64,000 bases of DNA, from positions 14,116 to 78,115 of the forward strand of contig JAYUJP010000053.1 of assembly GCA_043765155.1 (NCBI GenBank), in the 5' to 3' direction. The DNA comes from a bacterium. Lineage in GTDB: Bacteria > Patescibacteriota > Minisyncoccia > Phycocordibacterales > UBA5272. Numbering within the stretch: the first letter of the stretch is position 1; each line of letters starts with the position of its first letter. The position numbers and the translations under genes are program-made. This document shows, in pieces, positions 40,460 to 49,230 of the stretch. Under the pieces are notes generated by a model that worked only from the letters and a program-made list of their open reading frames with translations, had not been told where the DNA came from and ran no database searches.

Positions 40460-41398
40460 TTAATTTTTATTTGTAAAAACTTTATAATATTCAAAATACT
40501 CAGCGGCTATTTTACTAACAGCTTCATCTCTATTTATTTTTCCCTCTTTGTATTCCATAAGTGGATTCCAAAATATCGTACGCCCGACTGCAAATCCTAG
40601 TACCCCCCCAACCTCACGTCCTGCCTTTATCCACTCCATAACATGCTCCTTGGTCTCATTTCTTCCTAATATTATTATACCTACGCCCGCTCTACTCTCT
40701 GTATTTATAGCAGCTTTTACAACCTCCTCATATTGAAACTTTTCATACAAACCTTCTATTTTCCAGACATCCGCCTCTATACCATAATCTTGCATTTCTG
40801 TTATCATTTGCATCAAGTCTATATATCTAAAATTATGGTCAAAATCTGACTGTTCACCTCTTACTTTTATTAGCGGTTCTATAAGTAGTCCAATATTATT
40901 TTCTTTTACAAAGTCACTTAAATTTTTAAGGTTACCCAGCTGCTTTGTATTATCTTCAGACACATCATACCTGACCAATGCCTTTGCATAGGTTGGCATT
41001 ATATTTAAAAGATGAGTCTTATAATTTTCTACTTTCTTATAACTATTTTCTCCGCTAACATTTTGGTCTTCGTCTGTACCATATTCAAATTCAAAATGCT
41101 CAAGTCCAGACTTTTCGGTAGTCTGCATAGTTACAAGACCTTTTTCTTTTGCGTCTTTTATAATTTCTAGTCCATATACTTCGTCGACCAATACTGCTGA
41201 ACACTCCTTTGGTACACCCATTTCTATAGCTTTAAATATCGCATCATAGATTATTTTCTTGTAGCTAGTTACTGTGTCTTTCTCCTGCTTACTTAAAACT
41301 TCACCATAACCTAGCATTTTTTGAGCAAATCCTGCCCTATGATCAAAAGGTAAGACGAATAAGTTTTTAGGGTTGATATGTTTAGTTATATTTTGCAT
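40460..41398 (-). CDS. DUF2090 / class I aldolase-like TIM-barrel protein
   Basis: LPFDHR, AKALVRY, LLIEPL, DVWKIEG, ILGR, GFAVGRTIFW. Confidence 0.88.
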   Translation of the reverse strand: MQNITKHINPKNLFVLPFDHRAGFAQKMLGYGEVLSKQEKDTVTSYKKIIYDAIFKAIEMGVPKECSAVLVDEVYGLEIIKDAKEKGLVTMQTTEKSGLEHFEFEYGTDEDQNVSGENSYKKVENYKTHLLNIMPTYAKALVRYDVSEDNTKQLGNLKNLSDFVKENNIGLLIEPLIKVRGEQSDFDHNFRYIDLMQMITEMQDYGIEADVWKIEGLYEKFQYEEVVKAAINTESRAGVGIIILGRNETKEHVMEWIKAGREVGGVLGFAVGRTIFWNPLMEYKEGKINRDEAVSKIAAEYFEYYKVFTNKN

Positions 41399-41434
41399 AA
41401 ATTTATTTTGTAATTTTATTATAACATAGAAAAT

Positions 41435-42355
41435 CTACTTAAAACTTTTTAACTCAAGCATCACTGGGCAGTGATCACTACCAAAAAAGTCATCCATTAT
41501 TTTGGCGTCTAGTATTTTATCTTCCAAAGACTTTGAAGTAAAAAAGTAATCAATACGCCATCCGACATTTTTAGCCCTGCTGCTAGTTTTCATATCCCAC
41601 CAAGTATACTGGACCTTGTCACCATTTACCTTTCTGTATGAGTCTACAAAGTTCTCTATAAATTTTGCCAACCTGTCCCGCTCAGGCTTGGTACAGCCAA
41701 GCTTATCTTTGTTATCTTTTGGCCTAGCCAGGTCAATATCGGCTACTGTCGCATTTATGTCGCCTGTAAATATTACAGGTTTACAAAATATTTCTTCTGC
41801 TCCGTCTACAACTCTCTTATGTTTCTTTTTCTCTAGCTTTTGCATTAGCTTAAGAGTCTTGTCATAATAAGCAAGCTTATAATGATAATGTTCCTCACTT
41901 TTACCACCATTTGGCCAATAACAATTCATCAGGTAAAAGTCCTGATACTCAGCGACCAGTGTGCGCCCCTCATTGTCTAGAAATATCTTATACTTTTCGT
42001 GATCATCTAACTTTTGAAAAGATTCCTCACTCTCAACTCTTGGATGCTTTTCACCCAGGGCAGTAAGTATGCTATTAGTAACTTTTATTGGCGTACTTTT
42101 TGTGTATATAGCAACTCCCGAGTAACCCTTACGCATGCTTGAGCTCTCAAAATAGCTAATATATCCAGCAAAATTTTTCATCTCGTCAGTTAACTGATCA
42201 GGTGTACACTTTGTCTCCTGGAGCACAAAAATATCAGGATTCTCTTGTTCCACAAGTTTTTGTAATGCACCCTTTTTCCATACTGCCCTTAGACCATTTA
42301 CATTCCAAGATATAATTTTTATTTTTTTACTAGAACTACTTATTTCTTTTTTCAT
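41435..42355 (-). CDS. xth: Exodeoxyribonuclease III / AP endonuclease
   Basis: ISWNVNGLRA, LQETK, GYSGVA, GDIN, YTWW, GWRIDY, GSDHCP. Confidence 0.95.
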   Translation of the reverse strand: MKKEISSSSKKIKIISWNVNGLRAVWKKGALQKLVEQENPDIFVLQETKCTPDQLTDEMKNFAGYISYFESSSMRKGYSGVAIYTKSTPIKVTNSILTALGEKHPRVESEESFQKLDDHEKYKIFLDNEGRTLVAEYQDFYLMNCYWPNGGKSEEHYHYKLAYYDKTLKLMQKLEKKKHKRVVDGAEEIFCKPVIFTGDINATVADIDLARPKDNKDKLGCTKPERDRLAKFIENFVDSYRKVNGDKVQYTWWDMKTSSRAKNVGWRIDYFFTSKSLEDKILDAKIMDDFFGSDHCPVMLELKSFK

Positions 42356-42375
42356 CGTGTTTAGTTAAAGGCTGT

Positions 42376-42699
42376 TTATCTAATAGGAAAAGCAAGGCGC
42401 GACTCCTTGCAACTAGTACCCAGATACGAGCTTATAAAGGTCGGGCATTGTAGGTTAATTACATCTTCTTTTGTTTCTGTCTTGATACGAAAATCACAAG
42501 ATATATATCCATCACCATCAGTATCTTTACCTTGGCATACCCTGCCTACTATTGCGTATTCGGCGTACATTTTTTTAATGTAATTTTCACCTTCTGATAA
42601 TCCCCTATTGGCCCTAATAGTATTTGAACCTATATAATAAAAGTAAATCCCTCCTACCAAAATTGCCAATATGAATATGATGTAAAAATATTTTTTCAT
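42376..42699 (-). CDS. Small exported protein with DTDGDG motif and four Cys
   Basis: N-terminal TM segment; CQGKDTDGDGYISC. Confidence 0.75.
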   Translation of the reverse strand: MKKYFYIIFILAILVGGIYFYYIGSNTIRANRGLSEGENYIKKMYAEYAIVGRVCQGKDTDGDGYISCDFRIKTETKEDVINLQCPTFISSYLGTSCKESRLAFPIR

Positions 42700-42771
42700 A
42701 ATTTTATTATATCATAAAAGCACATAATTTTAAATTGCACACTTTTATATAATATTTAATTATAAAATATA

Positions 42772-43278
42772 TTAAAAAGAAATACTGGTATTCTTTATAT
42801 CTACATCCATCATTTTGTACATATCCGAGACGGTGAGGGTGCTGCGACTCTCTGCTTTTAACCCAAAATAATCTTCTACTTTAGTCAAATCTTGATCTGA
42901 CTCAAACTCTATTTCTACATAGGGCTTTATCTTAGGCCACTCATCGTAACATATTTGACAGCCATCCATAAAAGCTTCATGTCTTATATTCTCTTGTACT
43001 GCTCTAGGTTTTGAATTAATATATTCTAATATAGATAACATCTTATCAAAATCTGAGACTATCACCTCTTCTTCAAGACAAAATCCATCATCTTGTTCTT
43101 CTTTTATTGTTAAGGTGGTCTTATCTGATTCCAAACGTAATCTCATCCAACCTTTTTTACCCTTAACATCAAAAACAGCTCTCTTCATTTTTATAATCTT
43201 ATAACTTTCTAAGGTCTTCATTTTTTCTAACACTTTTTCTATATTTTCTGTATATTTATATTCTTTTTCTATTTTCAT
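42772..43278 (-). CDS. CYTH domain protein
   Basis: EKEYK, WMRLR, LTIK, EEEV.VSD, D.WP.I.PYVEIE. Confidence 0.85.
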   Translation of the reverse strand: MKIEKEYKYTENIEKVLEKMKTLESYKIIKMKRAVFDVKGKKGWMRLRLESDKTTLTIKEEQDDGFCLEEEVIVSDFDKMLSILEYINSKPRAVQENIRHEAFMDGCQICYDEWPKIKPYVEIEFESDQDLTKVEDYFGLKAESRSTLTVSDMYKMMDVDIKNTSISF

Positions 43279-43333
43279 ATTATTATGATAACTTATTTAT
43301 TGGCACAGACCCATCGTCAAACCTAATAATAAG

Positions 43334-44617
43334 TTAAATGGTTGGTATATTTAGCTCAAACTTTTTGAGTAATATACTATTTTCTCCTCCTCTCACTTTT
43401 CCAAAAAGTTCAAATTTTATATTCGTGTTTGGAGTCTGCACATCTTTTCCTATATCCATTATTAATTTTCTCTTTTCTTGCGGATTTATTTTTTCAAATT
43501 CTGTGTCATCATTTTTATCAAAATTATACTTTTTGGATCCTTGTGTTGCTGTAACTACAAAGTCTGAAATATAATTTTCGGACACATTCTCAAAAGACAT
43601 CTCTAATACATTCTGAAGATTAGATTCAAAACTTTTCTTTTCTACGTTACTAACTTTTAATTTAAAGTCATAAGCAATAGGAGAACCTACCAAAAATACT
43701 TCTTGAGATGATTCGGATATAAGAGACTTTATGTTTTGATTTTCATAAGTCGAGACGCTAGCTACAAAAGTCTTACTGGCGCTGAGTGAGCTTTTGAAAA
43801 ATCCAGACACATTATACTCTCTCTCTTCTCCTATTTTTAAATTTTTAATTTCTACTTGGGCTGGATTATCAGCACTCTCTTTTTTGATTGCAAATCCAGC
43901 TGGTACATCAACTTTTAAAACAAGTGACACATTACTAGTATATGAGACATTTTTAACTTTTAATTTGAGTAGGTATTCATTATTTTCTATAACTTCTTTT
44001 AAGGCTTTTATATTTATGGTTACGCTTGGACTTATTATTTTTACTTCTTTTATTAGCTCTTTTTTAAAGGTAGAATTAGAGCCTAGAACTTTGTATTCTA
44101 GTATCGCTGATATTTTTCTCTTGTCTCCCTCTTGCCCGTTAAATATATACTCAGTGTCAGTCGCTGTATATATATTTTGAAGTACATCACCCAACTTATA
44201 AATTTTTATATCTTGGTCTATAACTCCGTCTCTAGACATACCCTTTTGTATTTTGACAGTTAGGGTCGTATCTAGCATGGCGACTTTGTTATTATTAAGT
44301 ATAGAAGTAGTGAGCCTACCCTCTTGGCCACCTTTTACATTGTCTTCTATATTTAGATTAAGATTAATCTTTTCATTTGAAATAGTATTAGACTGCGAAT
44401 AATACTGATAAGCGCCATACAGGGCTGCTATTAATAATAACGAGGCTGCTGCTACAAAAAACCAAAAGAACATTGATTTTTTATGTTCTACCTGATCATC
44501 ACTATGCCCTGAATAATTCTCTGCAAGATTTTCTGCGCCATTATTTTCAGATGAAAAATTATCACTTCGTAAATGATCCCAATTACTATGTATTTCTGAT
44601 CTTATATTTGGCTGCAT
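43334..44617 (-). CDS. Membrane-anchored hypothetical protein with Ig-like beta repeats
   Basis: Single TM segment at ~aa 48-68 followed by beta-strand-rich repeats. Confidence 0.75.
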   Translation of the reverse strand: MQPNIRSEIHSNWDHLRSDNFSSENNGAENLAENYSGHSDDQVEHKKSMFFWFFVAAASLLLIAALYGAYQYYSQSNTISNEKINLNLNIEDNVKGGQEGRLTTSILNNNKVAMLDTTLTVKIQKGMSRDGVIDQDIKIYKLGDVLQNIYTATDTEYIFNGQEGDKRKISAILEYKVLGSNSTFKKELIKEVKIISPSVTINIKALKEVIENNEYLLKLKVKNVSYTSNVSLVLKVDVPAGFAIKKESADNPAQVEIKNLKIGEEREYNVSGFFKSSLSASKTFVASVSTYENQNIKSLISESSQEVFLVGSPIAYDFKLKVSNVEKKSFESNLQNVLEMSFENVSENYISDFVVTATQGSKKYNFDKNDDTEFEKINPQEKRKLIMDIGKDVQTPNTNIKFELFGKVRGGENSILLKKFELNIPTI

Positions 44618-44663
44618 GAATCCTATTTTTATTAAAAATATCTAATATATTTTGTTAAATATA

Positions 44664-45218
44664 TTATAACATACTACTCTCTATAGCAATGCGCAGGTTC
44701 TTAACAACTTGATCCTTGCTTGTGACAACTTTTATATATATATCATCCGTATTACTAACTTTATACTCCTCTAGATTCATGTCTATAGACTGCGTATCCA
44801 TGTAACCAGAAGTTATCATAATATCAGCAAGCATACACAGCTTAACAATGGAAACGTCCAAGTCTTTTACTGTGATGTACTGACTCAGTCTGTCATATAG
44901 CTTTATATTTTTAACTTCAAATCCTAAAAATCTATTTACCATTTGGGACATATGCGGGACTATTTTATTTTTATGATTATTCATCTCACTCTCACGCGCG
45001 CCAGCTATTCTGTACAATTCGCGCCCCTTAACCACCGTCACATTTGTAAACCTGTGCGGCATTATATGAGGCCTAAGCTTGACACTTTTCTTGAGTGAGG
45101 ACTGCTTTGCTGTTATCACCCCAAAATCTCTGGTGTATATTTTACATACGGCGTCACTCTCGCCGCTATCATAAGCTGCTAATACTAAGCCCTCAGTTGT
45201 AAATTTTTCTATGGACAT
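44664..45218 (-). CDS. recO: DNA repair protein RecO (N-terminal OB domain, short form)
   Basis: TEGLVL...GESD...IYTRDFG...K...KLRPH. Start at 45218. Confidence 0.8.
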   Translation of the reverse strand: MSIEKFTTEGLVLAAYDSGESDAVCKIYTRDFGVITAKQSSLKKSVKLRPHIMPHRFTNVTVVKGRELYRIAGARESEMNNHKNKIVPHMSQMVNRFLGFEVKNIKLYDRLSQYITVKDLDVSIVKLCMLADIMITSGYMDTQSIDMNLEEYKVSNTDDIYIKVVTSKDQVVKNLRIAIESSML

Positions 45219-45302
45219 ATTATTGTATTTTTGTTTTACTCTCTGTTTTATCTCCTGTTGTATTTTTCGATTCAGCAGAATCACCTACTGTGTATTTTGC
45301 AT

Positions 45303-45389
45303 TTGACAAAAATTCTTCCTTTTGATACAATTATATTAACGAAAAGAAACCCTTGCGACGCTACGTGCCCGCCGGGGTCTTTTCTTTTG
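45303..45389 (+). ncRNA. Candidate antisense sRNA with its promoter, overlapping the NYN gene 3' end
   Basis: TTGACA-17-TACAAT with TG extension (45303-45331), followed by a ~50-nt hairpin ending in TCTTTTCTTTT. Confidence 0.4.
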
Positions 45390-45726
45390 TAATAAGGCTT
45401 TTTATCTCTTCAAGAAAGATGATTTTTAAAAAACTTTTTATTCTTAAAATTTTAGAACTAGACTTTTTATCTGCTGGCATCAAATTAACTTTTATACTGT
45501 TTTCATTTGCATAATCAAGCAACATTGAAAAATCACCATCACCGCTTAAAAGTACGAGCTCTTTTAAATTGGCCGTAAAATAATATATTTCGTCTGCTCT
45601 AAACTTATGTTTTAGATATACTTGTAACTTTAAAAAATCTAAATCTATGCCTAGCCTTTCGCAAGATAATATTATATTCGCGGCGTCGATATAGGCTATC
45701 ACTTTTTTATTCTCGTTTTTTTCCAT
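45361..45726 (-). CDS. NYN domain (LabA/DUF88) protein, apparently internally deleted
   Basis: AYIDAAN and LLSGDGDF are present, but the central segment carrying a conserved Asp motif is absent. Confidence 0.75.
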   Translation of the reverse strand: MEKNENKKVIAYIDAANIILSCERLGIDLDFLKLQVYLKHKFRADEIYYFTANLKELVLLSGDGDFSMLLDYANENSIKVNLMPADKKSSSKILRIKSFLKIIFLEEIKSLITKEKTPAGT

Positions 45727-45843
45727 GTAATACAATTATAGCATAAGAATAAAAGTTTTAAATTTATTTCAAAACCTCTAAAACTTTTTACAAATATGTG
45801 TTACAATATTTTTAGATAAATTAAAATATAAAACAAAAACTCT

Positions 45844-46557
45844 ATGAATAATCCAATAACTACAAATTCTATGTCTGCCTTCTCGCAATTTTTTGAGATT
45901 TCTAATTCACCCTTTTCAATAATATTCTTGTCTATATTTGGAGTATTATGCCTTGTGTTATTTTTGGCTATATTTTCTAAAAGAATTACAAAGATACTAA
46001 GAAGATATCACATATTAGAAGAGAGCGAAACACCTAAGAACTTTCTGATTTGGATACTTTCTATTATTATAATAATAAGGACCGTGCAGGTATTTATTAT
46101 ACAGCCGTTTCTAGTTGATGGTGCTAGCATGTATCCGACTTTCCAAGATAATAACCTGCTCATAGTAGACAAGACCTACAAGTATAGAGAGATATCTCGT
46201 GATGACGTAGTAGTATTTAAGTTTTTAAAACAAGATTCACAATATAGCGGTAGATATTTTATAAAAAGAATTATAGGGCTACCAGGTGAAACTGTTATAA
46301 TAAATGGTACGACTACTACTATAATATCTAAAAATGGTGATCAGACAAAATTAACAGAAGAATTTGTCAAAAACCCAAAGCTAACTCAATATGTCGAGAC
46401 CAAGTTAAAAGATGATGAGTACTTTGTTATGGGTGACAACCGCGACGGATCATATGACTCGCGCGCTTGGGGTCCAATACACAAGTCACAACTCGCCGGC
46501 GAGCCAATCGTTCAGCTCTTTCCAGTGGTGAGATTGTATCCAGGAAGTGTGAAGTAG
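45844..46557 (+). CDS. lepB: Signal peptidase I
   Basis: GASMYPT, FIKRIIGLPGE, GDNRDGSYDSRAWG. Confidence 0.95.
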   Translation: MNNPITTNSMSAFSQFFEISNSPFSIIFLSIFGVLCLVLFLAIFSKRITKILRRYHILEESETPKNFLIWILSIIIIIRTVQVFIIQPFLVDGASMYPTFQDNNLLIVDKTYKYREISRDDVVVFKFLKQDSQYSGRYFIKRIIGLPGETVIINGTTTTIISKNGDQTKLTEEFVKNPKLTQYVETKLKDDEYFVMGDNRDGSYDSRAWGPIHKSQLAGEPIVQLFPVVRLYPGSVK

Positions 46558-46593
46558 TCTTGACTCAAGAATCATTTATGATATAATAACTTT

Positions 46594-46710
46594 ATGAATA
46601 ATTCCTATAGTAACTATTTTGAAATCAATACGCAAAAAGCAAAGAAAACAGTAAAAAAGTCTAGCGTATATAACGTGTCTGACTTTTTAAAATTGGTTAG
46701 GACTTGGTAG
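46594..46710 (+). CDS. 38-aa micro-ORF, candidate antitoxin
   Basis: MNNSYSNYFEINTQKAKKTVKKSSVYNVSDFLKLVRTW; starts 6 nt after a TTGACT/TATAAT promoter and stops 3 nt before the toxin ATG. Confidence 0.55.
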   Translation: MNNSYSNYFEINTQKAKKTVKKSSVYNVSDFLKLVRTW

Positions 46711-46713
46711 CTT

Positions 46714-46995
46714 ATGTTACAAGTAAAAATATCAAGCAGATTCAAGACGTCTTTTAAGAGAATCTCAAAACATAAGAGCTTTAAACAAGAATCTTTTGAC
46801 TATGTTTTGTTTATGCTCTCTAGCCAAATAGAGTTGCCGGTTAAATTTAAAGATCACAATCTTTTAGGTAAACACAAAGATAGTCGCGAGTGTCACATAG
46901 CTCCGGATATATTACTTATTTATAGAGTGGAAGACGATAAAATATTTTTAGAACTTTTAGATATTGGTACACATGCGAGTATTTTTGGGATGTAA
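46714..46995 (+). CDS. yafQ: YafQ (RelE/StbE superfamily) mRNA interferase toxin
   Basis: FKDHNLLG, RECHIAPDILLIY, IGTHASIF. Confidence 0.88.
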   Translation: MLQVKISSRFKTSFKRISKHKSFKQESFDYVLFMLSSQIELPVKFKDHNLLGKHKDSRECHIAPDILLIYRVEDDKIFLELLDIGTHASIFGM

Positions 46996-47054
46996 TTTAC
47001 TCTTTTACATAATTTGCCCTAAACATAAAAAGAGAGTATAATAATAAGTAAGAT

Positions 47055-48395
47055 ATGAAAACAATAAAAGAGGCATCTGCAAAAGCAGAAAGTAAAAAAG
47101 TAGAGACTAAAAAATCTACGACCCCTATTACAAAATTAAAAGGTACAAAAGATATACGCGGACAAGATTATTATCAGCTACAAGGAATGTTTGAAAAGGC
47201 TCAGGAGATATCAGAATATTATGGATTTAAGCCGATGGATACTCCGATACTCGAGAGATCAAGCATATACGAAAAAGCTCTAGGTGAAGTTACTGACGTA
47301 GTAGAAAAAGAGATGTACAGCTTCTCAATAAAAGGTTCAGAAAGGGTCGCGCTGCGTCCAGAATTCACAGCGGGCATATTACGCTCATACATAGAAAATG
47401 GAATGGTAGCTGAGCCGCAGCCAATACTGCTATATTCATATGGGCCAGTATTCCGTCATGAGAATCCGCAGCTAGGAAGACTCCGAGAATTCCGCCAATT
47501 TAACCTGGAGATACTTGGTACAGAAAAATCTATTGCTGACGCGCTTATAATCAAAACTACATATGACATACTCACCGACTTTGGATTTAAGGACCTAATC
47601 ATAGATATTAACTCTATGGGTGATAATGACACTAGAAATAGTTATATGCGTGAACTAACTAGCTATTATAAGAAAAATATTTCTAATATGTGCGGAAATT
47701 GTGACACACGCCTCAAAACTAATCCGCTAAGATTACTCGACTGCAAAGACGAGTTGTGTCAAACATTTAAAGAAAAAGCTCCGCAATCTATAAATAGTAT
47801 ATCACCTGACGCACGTAAGCATTTTAAGGAGGTGTTACAATATCTTGAAGAGATGGAAATACCTTTTAGAATCAATCACTCACTAGTACGCGGTCTAGAT
47901 TATTATAAGCGTACAGTATTTGAAATAATAAAAGAACACACTACAGATGCTGGCGATACAAAAGAAATTACAATATGCGGAGGTGGTAGATATGATATGT
48001 CCAAAATGTACGGATCTAAAAAAGATATACCGAGCGTAGGTACTGCTCTTGGCTTTGACCGCTTAACCATGATGCCTGAATGCGAAAAGTTAATGCCTAA
48101 AATACTTAAGACTCCAAAAGTTTACTTTATACAACTTGGATTTGAGGCTAAGTTAAAGTCACTACACGTTATAGATGTATTACGCCACGCAAAGATACCT
48201 GTGCATCAAAACTTATCAAAAGACTCTCTAGGAGCGCAGCTCAGCGCAGCCGAAGAAATGGGTATACCTTATGCTATAATATTTGGTCAAAAAGAAGCCA
48301 TAGATGGTAACGTTATAATACGTGATATGAAAAAGCATACCCAAGAGGTTGTCAAAATAGATAAGCTGTGTGACTATATAAAACATCTAAAATAG
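47055..48395 (+). CDS. hisS: Histidine--tRNA ligase
   Basis: KGTKD, LRPEFTA, FRHENPQLGRLREFRQ, LVRGLDYY, GGGRYD. Confidence 0.98.
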   Translation: MKTIKEASAKAESKKVETKKSTTPITKLKGTKDIRGQDYYQLQGMFEKAQEISEYYGFKPMDTPILERSSIYEKALGEVTDVVEKEMYSFSIKGSERVALRPEFTAGILRSYIENGMVAEPQPILLYSYGPVFRHENPQLGRLREFRQFNLEILGTEKSIADALIIKTTYDILTDFGFKDLIIDINSMGDNDTRNSYMRELTSYYKKNISNMCGNCDTRLKTNPLRLLDCKDELCQTFKEKAPQSINSISPDARKHFKEVLQYLEEMEIPFRINHSLVRGLDYYKRTVFEIIKEHTTDAGDTKEITICGGGRYDMSKMYGSKKDIPSVGTALGFDRLTMMPECEKLMPKILKTPKVYFIQLGFEAKLKSLHVIDVLRHAKIPVHQNLSKDSLGAQLSAAEEMGIPYAIIFGQKEAIDGNVIIRDMKKHTQEVVKIDKLCDYIKHLK

Positions 48396-48471
48396 ATTTG
48401 CGAAAATAATTAAAATATGTTAATATATATAACAATATAAACTCATAAGTAAATATAAACGAAAAGCAAAT

Positions 48472-48723
48472 ATGAATACAGTAAACGTAAAAATAGAAAA
48501 AAATGGTGGTGAGCCTATAGCTTCTACACTAAGAAGATTTCAAAAGAAAATACAAGAGTCTATGGTATTACCTACTGTAAGATCAAAAAGATATAATACT
48601 AGACCTCTTTCTGACCTTAAAGTAAAAAGAGGTAAGATGAAAAGACTAGCGGCCGGCGTAGAATACACAAGACTAAAAAGACTTGGCGCTGTTATAGAAA
48701 AGAAAAAAGGCGGAAGAAGGTAG
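48472..48723 (+). CDS. rpsU: 30S ribosomal protein bS21
   Basis: Basic 83-aa protein with V.I...EPI...LRRFQKK...R.KRY..P.S pattern. Confidence 0.75.
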   Translation: MNTVNVKIEKNGGEPIASTLRRFQKKIQESMVLPTVRSKRYNTRPLSDLKVKRGKMKRLAAGVEYTRLKRLGAVIEKKKGGRR

Positions 48724-48768
48724 TAAAATATAAAAGGCGCTAGCGAAGCTGGCGCCTTTTATATTTTA
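48724..48768 (+). terminator. Terminator after rpsU
   Basis: TAAAATATAAAAGGCGCTAGC-GAA-GCTGGCGCCTTTTATATTTTA. Confidence 0.75.
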
Positions 48769-48813
48769 TATGATATAATAATCGTAAGAAATAACTTAGC
48801 GTAAAAAATAAGT

Positions 48814-49230
48814 ATGGTAAAAGAGTATAACAATTTTGAAATAGTATATAAAGAAGCTAAAAAAGACGACTTTATTTGGGATTTACCATTTTTAAAAATA
48901 AAAAATGAAATACTAGGCAAGGACTTTGTAGCTAATCTTAACTTTATAAAAAATGAAGAAGCTAAAAATCTAAACATACAAAATAGGAATAAAGATTATT
49001 ATCCAAATGTTTTGACTTTCCCACTTGACGACAAATGCGGCGAGATATATATATGTAAAAGTGTTGCCAAAATGCAGTACAAGGATTTTGATATGAGCTA
49101 TAAAAACTATATAATATTTCTTTTTATACATGGCTGTCTGCACCTAAAAGGTACACATCATGACACTACAGAAAACGAAAAAAATATGGTAAGATTAGAA
49201 TATGAATTTTTGGGAAAATATAAAAGATAA
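48814..49230 (+). CDS. ybeY: rRNA maturation endoribonuclease YbeY
   Basis: LN...RNKDY..NVLTF, GEIYIC, HGCLHLKGTHH. Confidence 0.93.
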   Translation: MVKEYNNFEIVYKEAKKDDFIWDLPFLKIKNEILGKDFVANLNFIKNEEAKNLNIQNRNKDYYPNVLTFPLDDKCGEIYICKSVAKMQYKDFDMSYKNYIIFLFIHGCLHLKGTHHDTTENEKNMVRLEYEFLGKYKR

